A stretch of DNA of 64,000 nucleotides, taken from Bdellovibrionota bacterium. GTDB taxonomy: Bacteria > Bdellovibrionota_C > UBA2361 > OMII01. The DNA lies in assembly GCA_044356215.1 (NCBI GenBank), contig JBIKWQ010000004.1, positions 1-64,000 of the forward strand, given 5' to 3'. Of the stretch, positions 50,301 to 58,830 are shown one piece after another. A model generated the notes under the pieces. That model saw only the letters and a list, made by a program, of their open reading frames with translations, ran no database searches and was not told where the DNA came from. A program made the translations under genes and the position numbers. Numbering within the stretch: the stretch's first letter is position 1; each line of letters starts with the position of its first letter.

Positions 50301-52667
50301 TTAACTCCGCCTCGGATAGTTTGATCCATATGCCATAATATCGCTGGCTGAGTCACTCTTAGTTGCCCCATTGAGCACAGTTCCGATTATCCTTGCGCGG
50401 ACCCGAGTCAGCTTCTCTCGAGCCTCACGCACCGTATGTCGCGGAGTAAAGCCGCCACGAACAACTAGAATAACACTGTCCACTGCACGAGATATTAACA
50501 GAGCATCAGCCACTGCCATAATCGGTGGAGTATCTACCAAGATAAAGTCATACCGATCCTTGAGTCCGGAGAGCAATCTTTTCATACTCTCAGACCCAAC
50601 TAGCTCAGCCGGATTTGGTGCGGGAGCTCCAACTGGTAAAAGGTCAAGACCCGGTACTCCCGTTTCGTAAATGACGCTCTCAAGCGGCAATCGCAACGTT
50701 AGTAGGTCGCTCAAGCCACGGTGTTCCTCATGTTGTCCAAGAAATAACTTGCTTAGCCCACACATCCTTAGGTCGCCGTCAATTATTAAGGTCTTGTGAT
50801 TCGCTTGTGCCAAGGTAACTGCAAGGTTAGATAGTAGCGTTGTTTTTCCCTCACCCTGAATCGAGCTAGCTATCATAATCACCCTAGGTGGATAGTCAGC
50901 CGATGAGAGTAGGACGTTTGCTCGGATACTCCTGAGGGACTCTGATATCGCCGTGTGCGGAGCGGAGATGGTGACTAACGCCTTGCTCTCCGTGGGCCTA
51001 TCTTCACTTAACAGAAGCTTCTCTTTTGATTTAGCGACATCCTCGGACTCCTTTGATTCCGGTAAATGATCGATTACTCCAGGAGTCTTCGTAAGGGTTT
51101 TATCTTGTGAATTGAAATCAGGTACTGACCCCAGTAGCGGAAGATCGACGATCTGTCGGAGCTCTTGTGTAGTAACTATAGTATCGTCTAAAGACTCGAG
51201 AATGTAAGACATGAGAATTCCGGCGCTTAGTCCGACTATAGAAGCTAAAATCACGATTATATTGGTCTTAGGAGCACTTGGAGATGTAGGAAGCGTGGCA
51301 TAGTCAGCAACAAAAACATTTGATGTAGTTACCGAGGCACTCATCTCGATCTCTTTGGCCTGTTTTAATACGGCTTGATAGAGTTCCCGAAGAGAAGAGG
51401 CTTCCTTACTGAGTACGTCATACTGAATAAGTTTCTTTGCCACGTCCTGAGCTTTCGACTTTTCGCTCTCTATCTGATCCCTAAGGGAGTTCTCCGCGTT
51501 GTTGTCGGCGCTAAACTGGGCTTCTAAAGACTGCAGGCCCTGTTTTCGCTCATCGCGGATAGCCTTTCGGAGCGCTGATATCTTAGCTTGAAGTTCACGC
51601 ATGGTGGGATATGCGGCTGTCACCTGACTACCCAAGCTGGCGTACTCGGTCTCCGACTGTTTTAGACTGGCGCGTAACTGCTGTGTAATTTCGCTATCAA
51701 AAAACGTACCTTCGTCTTCTCGTTGTTTACGGGCCTGGTTGAGTGCGCTCTCTGATTTAATTCTTTTTCCCGTCGCGTCCGCTAGCATCTGAGCCAGTGA
51801 CTCAATATGACGGTGATTTAGTCCAGCGCCGTCGTTATTCCTGACCAAAAGCAATTTGTTCGCTGATGCATAAGCGCCCAATTGATCCTCGGCGGCGGCT
51901 ACTCGCTCCCGTAGTGCGTCACTTTGAGCAATAAGAAGTTCTATGTTCGCGTGGATCGCCCCTTGACGTTCGCGTTTTAGATGCTCAATGAACTCGGTAG
52001 CGTGCAAATTCGCGATCTTTTGTGATAGGGCGCGATCTGTTGTTGTTGCTTTTATGTGGACGAGGTTAGTTTCATGAACCGGATTGATATCGATTAATGA
52101 GAGGTAGCGGTTGATCTCGCCAGGGGAGTGCTTGAAAAATCCGGAGCCCTTTATTGGAGTCGCACTCTCTGCACTTGATATAGTCGGAGCTATCGTTCTG
52201 AGCAGCTTTGATAGTGTAGCTTTTAAAACGGATTTATCCTTCCAGTAATTGCCAAGATCTCGATGGAGGTTGTTCTTTCCCAGCGCAGCGTCGGCTAGTC
52301 CAGCAAGCTTCAGTTTCGCGACAGTTGTCTTAAGGTACTCAATTTTTCTCGAATCTGTTCCAAAGAGGTTCTCGCTCTGAATTGAGGCTAAGATCGGGGC
52401 GTGGCCGCGTAGCTCAATCGTTGTATCGGCGGTGTAAGACGAAGGAGTTAGATAGCAATAAGCTAGAGCTATAAAAGCGGCGCCACAGCAGTGAGCTATA
52501 ATCAATTTAGAGCGCTTCTTAAGTAAGGAGAAAAGGTGGGATATCTCGGTTTCGGAGGATCCCTCGTTTTGCATGCCACGCTCTAGGTATGGCGGATAGA
52601 GGTAGGTACTTAGGTCTCCGTCCTGAGAAACAGGAGTCAATTGGTATAGCGAGTGCTGGTGTGACAT
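50301..52667 (-). CDS. Polysaccharide co-polymerase / BY-kinase, Wzc-like
   Basis: Two TM segments, coiled coil, SESLRSIR, GEGKTT, IDGDLR, VDTPP. Confidence 0.93.
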   Translation of the reverse strand: MSHQHSLYQLTPVSQDGDLSTYLYPPYLERGMQNEGSSETEISHLFSLLKKRSKLIIAHCCGAAFIALAYCYLTPSSYTADTTIELRGHAPILASIQSENLFGTDSRKIEYLKTTVAKLKLAGLADAALGKNNLHRDLGNYWKDKSVLKATLSKLLRTIAPTISSAESATPIKGSGFFKHSPGEINRYLSLIDINPVHETNLVHIKATTTDRALSQKIANLHATEFIEHLKRERQGAIHANIELLIAQSDALRERVAAAEDQLGAYASANKLLLVRNNDGAGLNHRHIESLAQMLADATGKRIKSESALNQARKQREDEGTFFDSEITQQLRASLKQSETEYASLGSQVTAAYPTMRELQAKISALRKAIRDERKQGLQSLEAQFSADNNAENSLRDQIESEKSKAQDVAKKLIQYDVLSKEASSLRELYQAVLKQAKEIEMSASVTTSNVFVADYATLPTSPSAPKTNIIVILASIVGLSAGILMSYILESLDDTIVTTQELRQIVDLPLLGSVPDFNSQDKTLTKTPGVIDHLPESKESEDVAKSKEKLLLSEDRPTESKALVTISAPHTAISESLRSIRANVLLSSADYPPRVIMIASSIQGEGKTTLLSNLAVTLAQANHKTLIIDGDLRMCGLSKLFLGQHEEHRGLSDLLTLRLPLESVIYETGVPGLDLLPVGAPAPNPAELVGSESMKRLLSGLKDRYDFILVDTPPIMAVADALLISRAVDSVILVVRGGFTPRHTVREAREKLTRVRARIIGTVLNGATKSDSASDIMAYGSNYPRRS

Positions 52668-52675
52668 ATCTTTAG

Positions 52676-53791
52676 CTAGTTAACTCTCTTATTCACCGCA
52701 AATCCGTTAAAGATTCCGTTTATTGTTTCAACGATCTGACGTTTAAAGAACCTACCCGAATGACTGGGGACCCTAACAAGGTCTCCGTTCCGAAGCCTGA
52801 CATCTGGGCCACCACGCAGGCCGACCTCTTCAAGGTCAAGAGAGATTAGAGCTTTTCGCCCAGCGCCTACATCACGAATTACCTCAACGTTGTTAACGTC
52901 GGCTGAGTATGTGAATCCTTTTGCCGCCGCGATTGCGCCGATTACTGAAGTTCGTCCGGTCAACTTAAATGAGCCTGGCGTTGCGACCTCGCCGTCGACC
53001 TCGTATGTTCCGGCCTCAGGAACTATGATCGTGTCACCTGGAGCCAGGGGAATAGTTAGTGGGCGCTTGTCGATAGTGCCGATAAGGTCCTCTAGGTCTA
53101 TCTCTATGCCGCTTCCGTTGTCGTTGGTTTGGGTGCTAACAAGCGATAAGGTTGGAGTACCCGAGTTTTTCACTGGAATGGGCTCCTTTATCTTTGGGGT
53201 TGGTAACAGGATTATCCGAGTGCCTGCTGCTGGAGAACGACCACCAGCTTCACTTAAGAGCTCAGTTAGTAGTACGCCGCGGCGGGTTAGGGGATATGTC
53301 CCAGGCTTGTTAACCTCACCTATGACAGAGACCCGACTCGTAGAGAATGTCTTTAATGAGACTAGAACCTGTGGTGACCTGATAAAACGTGAATACCGTT
53401 TGGCGATGGCTGATTGTGCTTCCTCAACAGGCAGGCCTCCAACATCTACCCGACCAACAAGTGGGAGAATTACTGCTCCATCAGAAGCTACAGCGGAGTT
53501 GGCAGTTAGGTTGTTGAATCCAAAAACCGATACGTCTAGGACATCACCGGTTCCGAGTGGATATCCCCCTCCAGAGCCTGTGTTTGCTAGTAGGTTTTTG
53601 CGCGCATCTATTAATACAGAAACCCTTTGAGAAAGATTAGCCTCGTAGCCGTTGAACGCGTCGATTCCATTCAGCAGATTTGGGCTGCCCTGGGATTGAT
53701 GTTGGGGTGATTCAAGCTCCTTGTGCGATGGCGTATAGCGCAAGCATCCCGTAAATAAAACTAGAATTATGGTGATAAGAAGGTATCTCAT
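52676..53791 (-). CDS. Polysaccharide export lipoprotein with SLBB domains, Wza-like
   Basis: Lipobox FTGC, YPLGTGDVL, LPLVG, VIGEVNKPG. Confidence 0.92.
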   Translation of the reverse strand: MRYLLITIILVLFTGCLRYTPSHKELESPQHQSQGSPNLLNGIDAFNGYEANLSQRVSVLIDARKNLLANTGSGGGYPLGTGDVLDVSVFGFNNLTANSAVASDGAVILPLVGRVDVGGLPVEEAQSAIAKRYSRFIRSPQVLVSLKTFSTSRVSVIGEVNKPGTYPLTRRGVLLTELLSEAGGRSPAAGTRIILLPTPKIKEPIPVKNSGTPTLSLVSTQTNDNGSGIEIDLEDLIGTIDKRPLTIPLAPGDTIIVPEAGTYEVDGEVATPGSFKLTGRTSVIGAIAAAKGFTYSADVNNVEVIRDVGAGRKALISLDLEEVGLRGGPDVRLRNGDLVRVPSHSGRFFKRQIVETINGIFNGFAVNKRVN

Positions 53792-53979
53792 GGCTAGTAG
53801 CTCTTATATTGAGTCGAGGGGAGATAATGGCTCAAGATTGACCGTGTGTGAGATAACAGCCGTCATTATACAGCATATGAAGTTCAAAGTTCACGTTCCG
53901 AAGGTAATTAATGAGGTTGATTATTCGTCTCGGAAGCCGCAAGATGACGGCCAGAGGCGGATTTATTTAAATCTTAACT

Positions 53980-54942
53980 ATGAAGAAGGTATTGGTAACA
54001 GGAGCTGCGGGATTTATCGGTTCGCATGTGGCAGAGGCTCTGCTCAAGCGTGGTGACCAGGTAGTGGGAATAGATAACATAAACGACTATTACCCAGTTA
54101 AGTTTAAACGTGAAAATCTGGAGATCCTCGCACGCCATCCCGGGTTCAAATTCGTTGAAGGTGAGTTAACAGATAAGCACCTTGTAGATTCACTCTATGA
54201 AACAGAGGGATTTACGCATCTAGCGCACTTAGCGGCGAGGGCAGGAGTCAGACCCTCAATAGCCGATCCAGGGTTGTATCAGCGCGCTAATATCGAAGCC
54301 ACTTTAAACCTGCTTCAGGGAGCTGTAGGTAAGGGCCTAGAGAATCTAGTTGTCACGTCTTCTTCTTCGGTTTACGGAAATTCGAGAGCAATACCTTTTC
54401 GTGAAGATGACTCGGCAACTGATAGACCGATCTCTCCTTATGCAGCGACAAAGAAGGCCACTGAGGTGTTGAGCTATACGTATCATTCTCTTTACGGGCT
54501 CAATATAAATGTAGTGCGCCCATTTACTGTTTACGGAGCTAGGGGGCGTCCTGATATGGCCCCGTGGCTGTTTATTGAGTGGGCACTCCAAGGAAAGAAG
54601 ATCCGCAAGTTCGGCGATGGAACAACGCGCCGTGACTATACTTACATCGGCGATTTTGTTGCGGGCTTCGTAAACGCTATAGATCGTAACTTTGGCTACG
54701 AGATCTTTAATCTTGGAAATTCGGCTACGGTTTCGCTGAATGAGGCGCTCGATATCGTGCGAGAAGTGACCGGCAAGGAACTTGTGATCGAACAGCTCCC
54801 GGAGCAGCCGGGGGACGTGGCGATCACAAACGCTGACATATCGAAATCGAGAAGGCTTCTTGATTACGATCCTAAGACATCTTTTGGGGCAGGGATGCTC
54901 AAGTTCTGCCAATGGTACAAAGAGAACCGGCTAGGGCGGTAA
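53980..54942 (+). CDS. NAD-dependent epimerase, UDP-glucuronate 4-epimerase-like
   Basis: TGAAGFIG, HLAARAGVRPS, YAATKK, GRPDMA, RDYTY. Confidence 0.92.
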   Translation: MKKVLVTGAAGFIGSHVAEALLKRGDQVVGIDNINDYYPVKFKRENLEILARHPGFKFVEGELTDKHLVDSLYETEGFTHLAHLAARAGVRPSIADPGLYQRANIEATLNLLQGAVGKGLENLVVTSSSSVYGNSRAIPFREDDSATDRPISPYAATKKATEVLSYTYHSLYGLNINVVRPFTVYGARGRPDMAPWLFIEWALQGKKIRKFGDGTTRRDYTYIGDFVAGFVNAIDRNFGYEIFNLGNSATVSLNEALDIVREVTGKELVIEQLPEQPGDVAITNADISKSRRLLDYDPKTSFGAGMLKFCQWYKENRLGR

Positions 54943-54982
54943 GCTAACCGGTGTAACCAGTTTTCTAGGTCTGTATATCCAT
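54911..54982 (+). repeat. 72-bp direct repeat, left copy
   Basis: Identical to 56447-56518. Confidence 0.95.
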
Positions 54983-55092
54983 TTTACCCCGTGAACGGTT
55001 ACTCCATTTCGTTCATGGACTCTGTTATGAGGCTTATCGATGTGCGATCGGGCTTAAGTCCATAAAGCTGGGGCACACCAACAGTATACCAT

Positions 55093-55146
55093 AAATTTAA
55101 CACCTGTTTAAAATACTTTACATTATATTGAATAGGTATTAAGTTT
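55093..55146. promoter_or_regulatory. 19-bp imperfect inverted repeat upstream of the ATPase gene
   Basis: AAATTTAACACCTGTTTAA / TTGAATAGGTATTAAGTTT; 15 of 19 Watson-Crick pairs, the rest G-T. Confidence 0.55.
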
Positions 55147-55152
55147 ACAGCT

Positions 55153-56349
55153 ATGAGTACTAGAGCCCTTTCCTCGCATATTCTCGCCGATTTAAAGGGT
55201 AAAAAGATGGTAATGCTTTCCGGCCCTCGCCAATGTGGAAAAACGACATTGGCGAAAGCGCTTCCTGAACTATCTTCTGATATGGCGTACTACAATTGGG
55301 ATGTTGCGCCGCACAGAGAAAAACTTAAAAATTACAAACTTGATGAATCAAAGCACTATTGGGTTTTCGATGAACTTCATAAATATCGAGCCTGGAGAAA
55401 TTGGCTCAAGGGGGTTTACGATTTACACCATACACATCATGAAATTTTAATAACTGGCAGCGCACGACTTGACCAGTACGCACGAGGGGGAGATTCACTC
55501 CAGGGCCGCTATTTTCACTACCGTTTACACCCCTTTACCTTAGGGGAGGTTCTTAACCTACCAGAACAAAATTATCGCAAATCCTTAGAACGAGCCGCTA
55601 AGGTTAGTTGGTCTGCTCACGCTCAAAATACACTGCTAGAACTATTGAAATTCGGTGGCTTTCCGGAGCCTTTTTTAAGTAAGTCGACAAGCTTTGCAGG
55701 TAGATGGCGCTTGGCGTACAGCCAGCGTTTGGTGAACGAGGATGTTAGAACACTTGAACAAACGCAAGAATTAGATCAGATGAGTTTATTGTACGACCGC
55801 TTACCAGACTTAGTTTCGAATAATCTATCGATCAATAACCTAGCAAAAGATCTGGAGATCTCCCACCAAACCGTCGCTAAGTGGATCGGAATTTTTGAGA
55901 AATTATATGCTAACTTCTACGTCTTGCCTTATGGTGAGCCTGCAATTAAGGCCATAAAAAAAGAAAAGAAACTGTATCTCTGGGATTGGGCGCGCCTATC
56001 AGATCCAGGGGCGAGGCTAGAAAATCTCGTAGCGCTGCATTTACTAAGGTTAGTGCATTGGTTTGAGGATATCTACGGAGAGATACTTGAGCTCAGATAT
56101 ATAAAAGATATAGATGGGCACGAAATTGATTTTTTACTCCTACGTAATAAGCTTCCTTGGATTGCAATAGAAGTCAAAAACTCTGAGCAAGGCATCAGTA
56201 CAGGTTTTAAATATTTGTTGAATAAAATTAGAATTCCATATGCCTACCAGATCCATTTAAAAAGTGAACTAGTTTATAAACTCGCTAACATAAATCAGAG
56301 CACTGTTTATGCTTTGCCAGTGAGCAATTTTCTTTGTGGATTACCGTGA
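55153..56349 (+). CDS. AAA_14 / DUF4143 ATP-binding protein
   Basis: GPRQCGKT, FDELH, TGSA, SLQGR, FGGFPE, KLYLWD, EIDF..IEVK; visibly AT-rich. Confidence 0.92.
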   Translation: MSTRALSSHILADLKGKKMVMLSGPRQCGKTTLAKALPELSSDMAYYNWDVAPHREKLKNYKLDESKHYWVFDELHKYRAWRNWLKGVYDLHHTHHEILITGSARLDQYARGGDSLQGRYFHYRLHPFTLGEVLNLPEQNYRKSLERAAKVSWSAHAQNTLLELLKFGGFPEPFLSKSTSFAGRWRLAYSQRLVNEDVRTLEQTQELDQMSLLYDRLPDLVSNNLSINNLAKDLEISHQTVAKWIGIFEKLYANFYVLPYGEPAIKAIKKEKKLYLWDWARLSDPGARLENLVALHLLRLVHWFEDIYGEILELRYIKDIDGHEIDFLLLRNKLPWIAIEVKNSEQGISTGFKYLLNKIRIPYAYQIHLKSELVYKLANINQSTVYALPVSNFLCGLP

Positions 56350-57887
56350 GAAGTTCTCTGGCGCAGGGTCGAACGGGTCGTAGGAGGGTAGTTCATCGAG
56401 AGCCTCTGACGCATCGATGAACTTCGGGATGGGGGGGAGGTGCTCGAATGGTACAAAGAGAACCGGCTAGGGCGGTAAGCTAACCGGTGTAACCAGTTTT
56501 CTAGGTCTGTATATCCATCGTGATTTCGGTCTGACATAGGGCTCCGCGGTAGCCTTAATCTTCTTGTTCGATTCGGAGATGAACGTGAGGTCCCGCCAGC
56601 CCTCAGACACCCAGATACACAGTCTTTGAGGCTCCCGGAACGGTTGGTAACATCGGATATGATCCGCTGATCGATAGGGGAGCGATTGCGCGGTCGGCTA
56701 CCTACATCCGAGATAAGTTTTGAATACGCGGCTTCGCTCGGAAGATTGTTGAAGGCACCGGAGGTAATTGGTGGATATCCGGCACGAAAGGTTTCTTCAT
56801 CAAGCTTGGTTAACGACCAGGACCTGTTGCTATTTAAGTCGCCTTTTAGCTCGCTATCCTCGATATAGATCCGGCTGGAGATCGCTAGTGCGCTAGCATA
56901 TATCGGAGGTGCGACAAAGCTCCATGGACCTGGAATGTAGGAGTTGCCTATGAAAGTAAGAGAAACGGGATCGGCGGTGCCGTCATTATTTGATATGTTA
57001 CAGAGAGACCAAGGGCCGCGGCCCCCCCAGCCGTAAACGGTATTGTTGATCATCTCTACTGAGGCCCCCGGTTTGATATAGGGATTGCGCTCCTCGTTTG
57101 ATGCAATCAGATTGTTGCGCAGCGTAATTCTCTTCGAAAGGTCGCCAATCATGACTCCTTTGCTGTGAGGTCCTTTTGGATGGATGGAGTTGTACAGCCC
57201 TTCGGCGATAAGGCAATTAGAGATAGTAACATCGTGAGTGTTAGGGTAGGCAGTTGAGATATTCTCATCAACTGCCCACGTCAATGAGAGGTGATCGACA
57301 ACTACGTTGTAGGCTGATCTCGGAGGTGCGGCGCCTATGGACACCGCGTCTCTAAACCTGGGTTCAACGCCGGTATGATTGTCTCCTGGACGGACCGCAA
57401 GATGCTGCATCAGAACGTCGTGAGTTTCGACGCTAAATCCGCCCTGAGTAATTGTAATACCGGGATTGGGGGCGGTTTGTCCTGCGATAGTTATGTACGG
57501 ATGTTTAATTTTTAGGATCGACTTAAGCCTAATCTCACCCGAGATCTCAAAGACGCATGTGCGGGGTTCCTTGGCGTTGATGCATTCCCTGAGCGAGCCA
57601 GGACCAGAGTCAGACAGACTTCGAATTCGAAAGATCCTAGTACGCGGTTTTTTTAGGTGGCGACCGCTTCCGGCCTGTGTCTCGACTCCGAATCCAGATA
57701 GCCCGGGTATTATAGGTAAATCGCGGCGTGTGTTGATGTCGGCTGCCGTTGCAGAGAGAACTTTACCCGATGCAATTGGTTCGGCTATCGAATTGAATAG
57801 TGTCGCGGCAAAAATTGCGACAGCAACAGGGGAGAGATCTTTAAGTAGGTCCATCCGGAGAGAGATATCAGTCTCCGAAGTTATCAA
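56307..57887 (-). CDS. Pectate lyase-like (PL1) secreted protein
   Basis: DSGPGSLRE, TIAGQTAP, DHLSLTWAVDE, ERNP, DGYTDLENWL; the C-terminal tail reads into the insert. Confidence 0.88.
   Translation of the reverse strand: MITSETDISLRMDLLKDLSPVAVAIFAATLFNSIAEPIASGKVLSATAADINTRRDLPIIPGLSGFGVETQAGSGRHLKKPRTRIFRIRSLSDSGPGSLRECINAKEPRTCVFEISGEIRLKSILKIKHPYITIAGQTAPNPGITITQGGFSVETHDVLMQHLAVRPGDNHTGVEPRFRDAVSIGAAPPRSAYNVVVDHLSLTWAVDENISTAYPNTHDVTISNCLIAEGLYNSIHPKGPHSKGVMIGDLSKRITLRNNLIASNEERNPYIKPGASVEMINNTVYGWGGRGPWSLCNISNNDGTADPVSLTFIGNSYIPGPWSFVAPPIYASALAISSRIYIEDSELKGDLNSNRSWSLTKLDEETFRAGYPPITSGAFNNLPSEAAYSKLISDVGSRPRNRSPIDQRIISDVTNRSGSLKDCVSGCLRAGGTSRSSPNRTRRLRLPRSPMSDRNHDGYTDLENWLHRLAYRPSRFSLYHSSTSPPSRSSSMRQRLSMNYPPTTRSTLRQRTSHGNPQRKLLTGKA
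56390..56423. terminator. Hairpin downstream of the ATPase gene
   Basis: AGTTCATCGA/TCGATGAACT 10-bp stem; no clear T-run. Confidence 0.35.
56447..56518 (+). repeat. 72-bp direct repeat, right copy
   Basis: Identical to 54911-54982. Confidence 0.95.
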
Positions 57888-57954
57888 GGATGATCCATGT
57901 TACTTGACGCGCAGATGATGCGATGTAACACATCTCTGGCGTGAGTTTCGGCGC

Positions 57955-58593
57955 TTAAGCGGATCTCTTTATGCCGCCGCTTCTTGATCTTTTTGATACG
58001 CCTGTGCCAGTTTGGCCATAGTTGAGTGCCGCAACTTTCGTGCGTGAGCTAGCTGTCACAGGGGCATTTCCTGATGCCTCTAGGCGTCCCTGAATGAGCC
58101 TCTCTCCGGCTCTGAATGAAGTCGTCGCTTTCGTATCTCCTAGCGAATCCCACGCGGCGTCTATGTTATCGTCTAGCTGCGCCGAGGCAAAAGCCAGATC
58201 TCTGATCTGACTGGCCTCCTCTTGTGTCATTAGGGTGGAATCTACGAAGAACTTTAGTGACTCTTTAGTCGCTCGCTCAGCAGAGGCAAATCTCTCCGTT
58301 GGTGGCTTGTCTGCCATGTTAAGTTTAAAGGCTGACCGAAAATCCCTGGCTATTGAGTCCCCGAATCGATTTTTGATTAGCTGGTGAGCCGTAGCGGCAA
58401 AAAGTTCCTCTTCGTTTACCTCTCCTGGCTTAAACGTGTTGCCGAGAAGATTCCGCAAAGTGCGCCCAAACTCAGTGGTCGGGGTTGAGCTTCGAGACGG
58501 TTTTCTTCTCTGATTCCGAACGCTTAGAGCCTCTTGTGTTGGCTCTTTGCGGGCAGCTACCTTAAATTTGGGGCTAATCTTCATAGCGGTCAT
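57955..58593 (-). CDS. Hypothetical protein
   Basis: 212-aa ORF with an AAGGA SD-like site; no family recognised. Confidence 0.7.
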   Translation of the reverse strand: MTAMKISPKFKVAARKEPTQEALSVRNQRRKPSRSSTPTTEFGRTLRNLLGNTFKPGEVNEEELFAATAHQLIKNRFGDSIARDFRSAFKLNMADKPPTERFASAERATKESLKFFVDSTLMTQEEASQIRDLAFASAQLDDNIDAAWDSLGDTKATTSFRAGERLIQGRLEASGNAPVTASSRTKVAALNYGQTGTGVSKRSRSGGIKRSA

Positions 58594-58830
58594 CCTTGTG
58601 CCCTCATGGGCTTACTGCGACTATCTTGAAGAAGTTACAGCAATCTTAATGCCAGGGGCGGAGGTAGAGGCAGGGGATGGCTGGCGGAGTATTCTCTGGT
58701 GTGACGTAGGTCGTGACACTTTGCGCGCTCTTGAGTACACTGTCGGCTGCTAGTTGCTTGAAATAGCACGATGATCTTTTATTCGTCGAGTGATTGGCAA
58801 GTCTTGGGGCGATTAACTAGGAGTTCCTTT

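Noticed and set aside
52890..53630. Long antisense ORFs (246 aa here; also 28037-28591, 54346-54912, 17350-17832)
   Set aside because: They shadow well-supported genes on the opposite strand and have no recognisable motifs.
54934..54946. GGCGGTAAG as an ops/JUMPstart element
   Set aside because: It does not match GGCGGTAG and lies at a gene 3' end, not in a leader.
58600..58830. glmS ribozyme upstream of glmS
   Set aside because: The conserved core sequence was not found.
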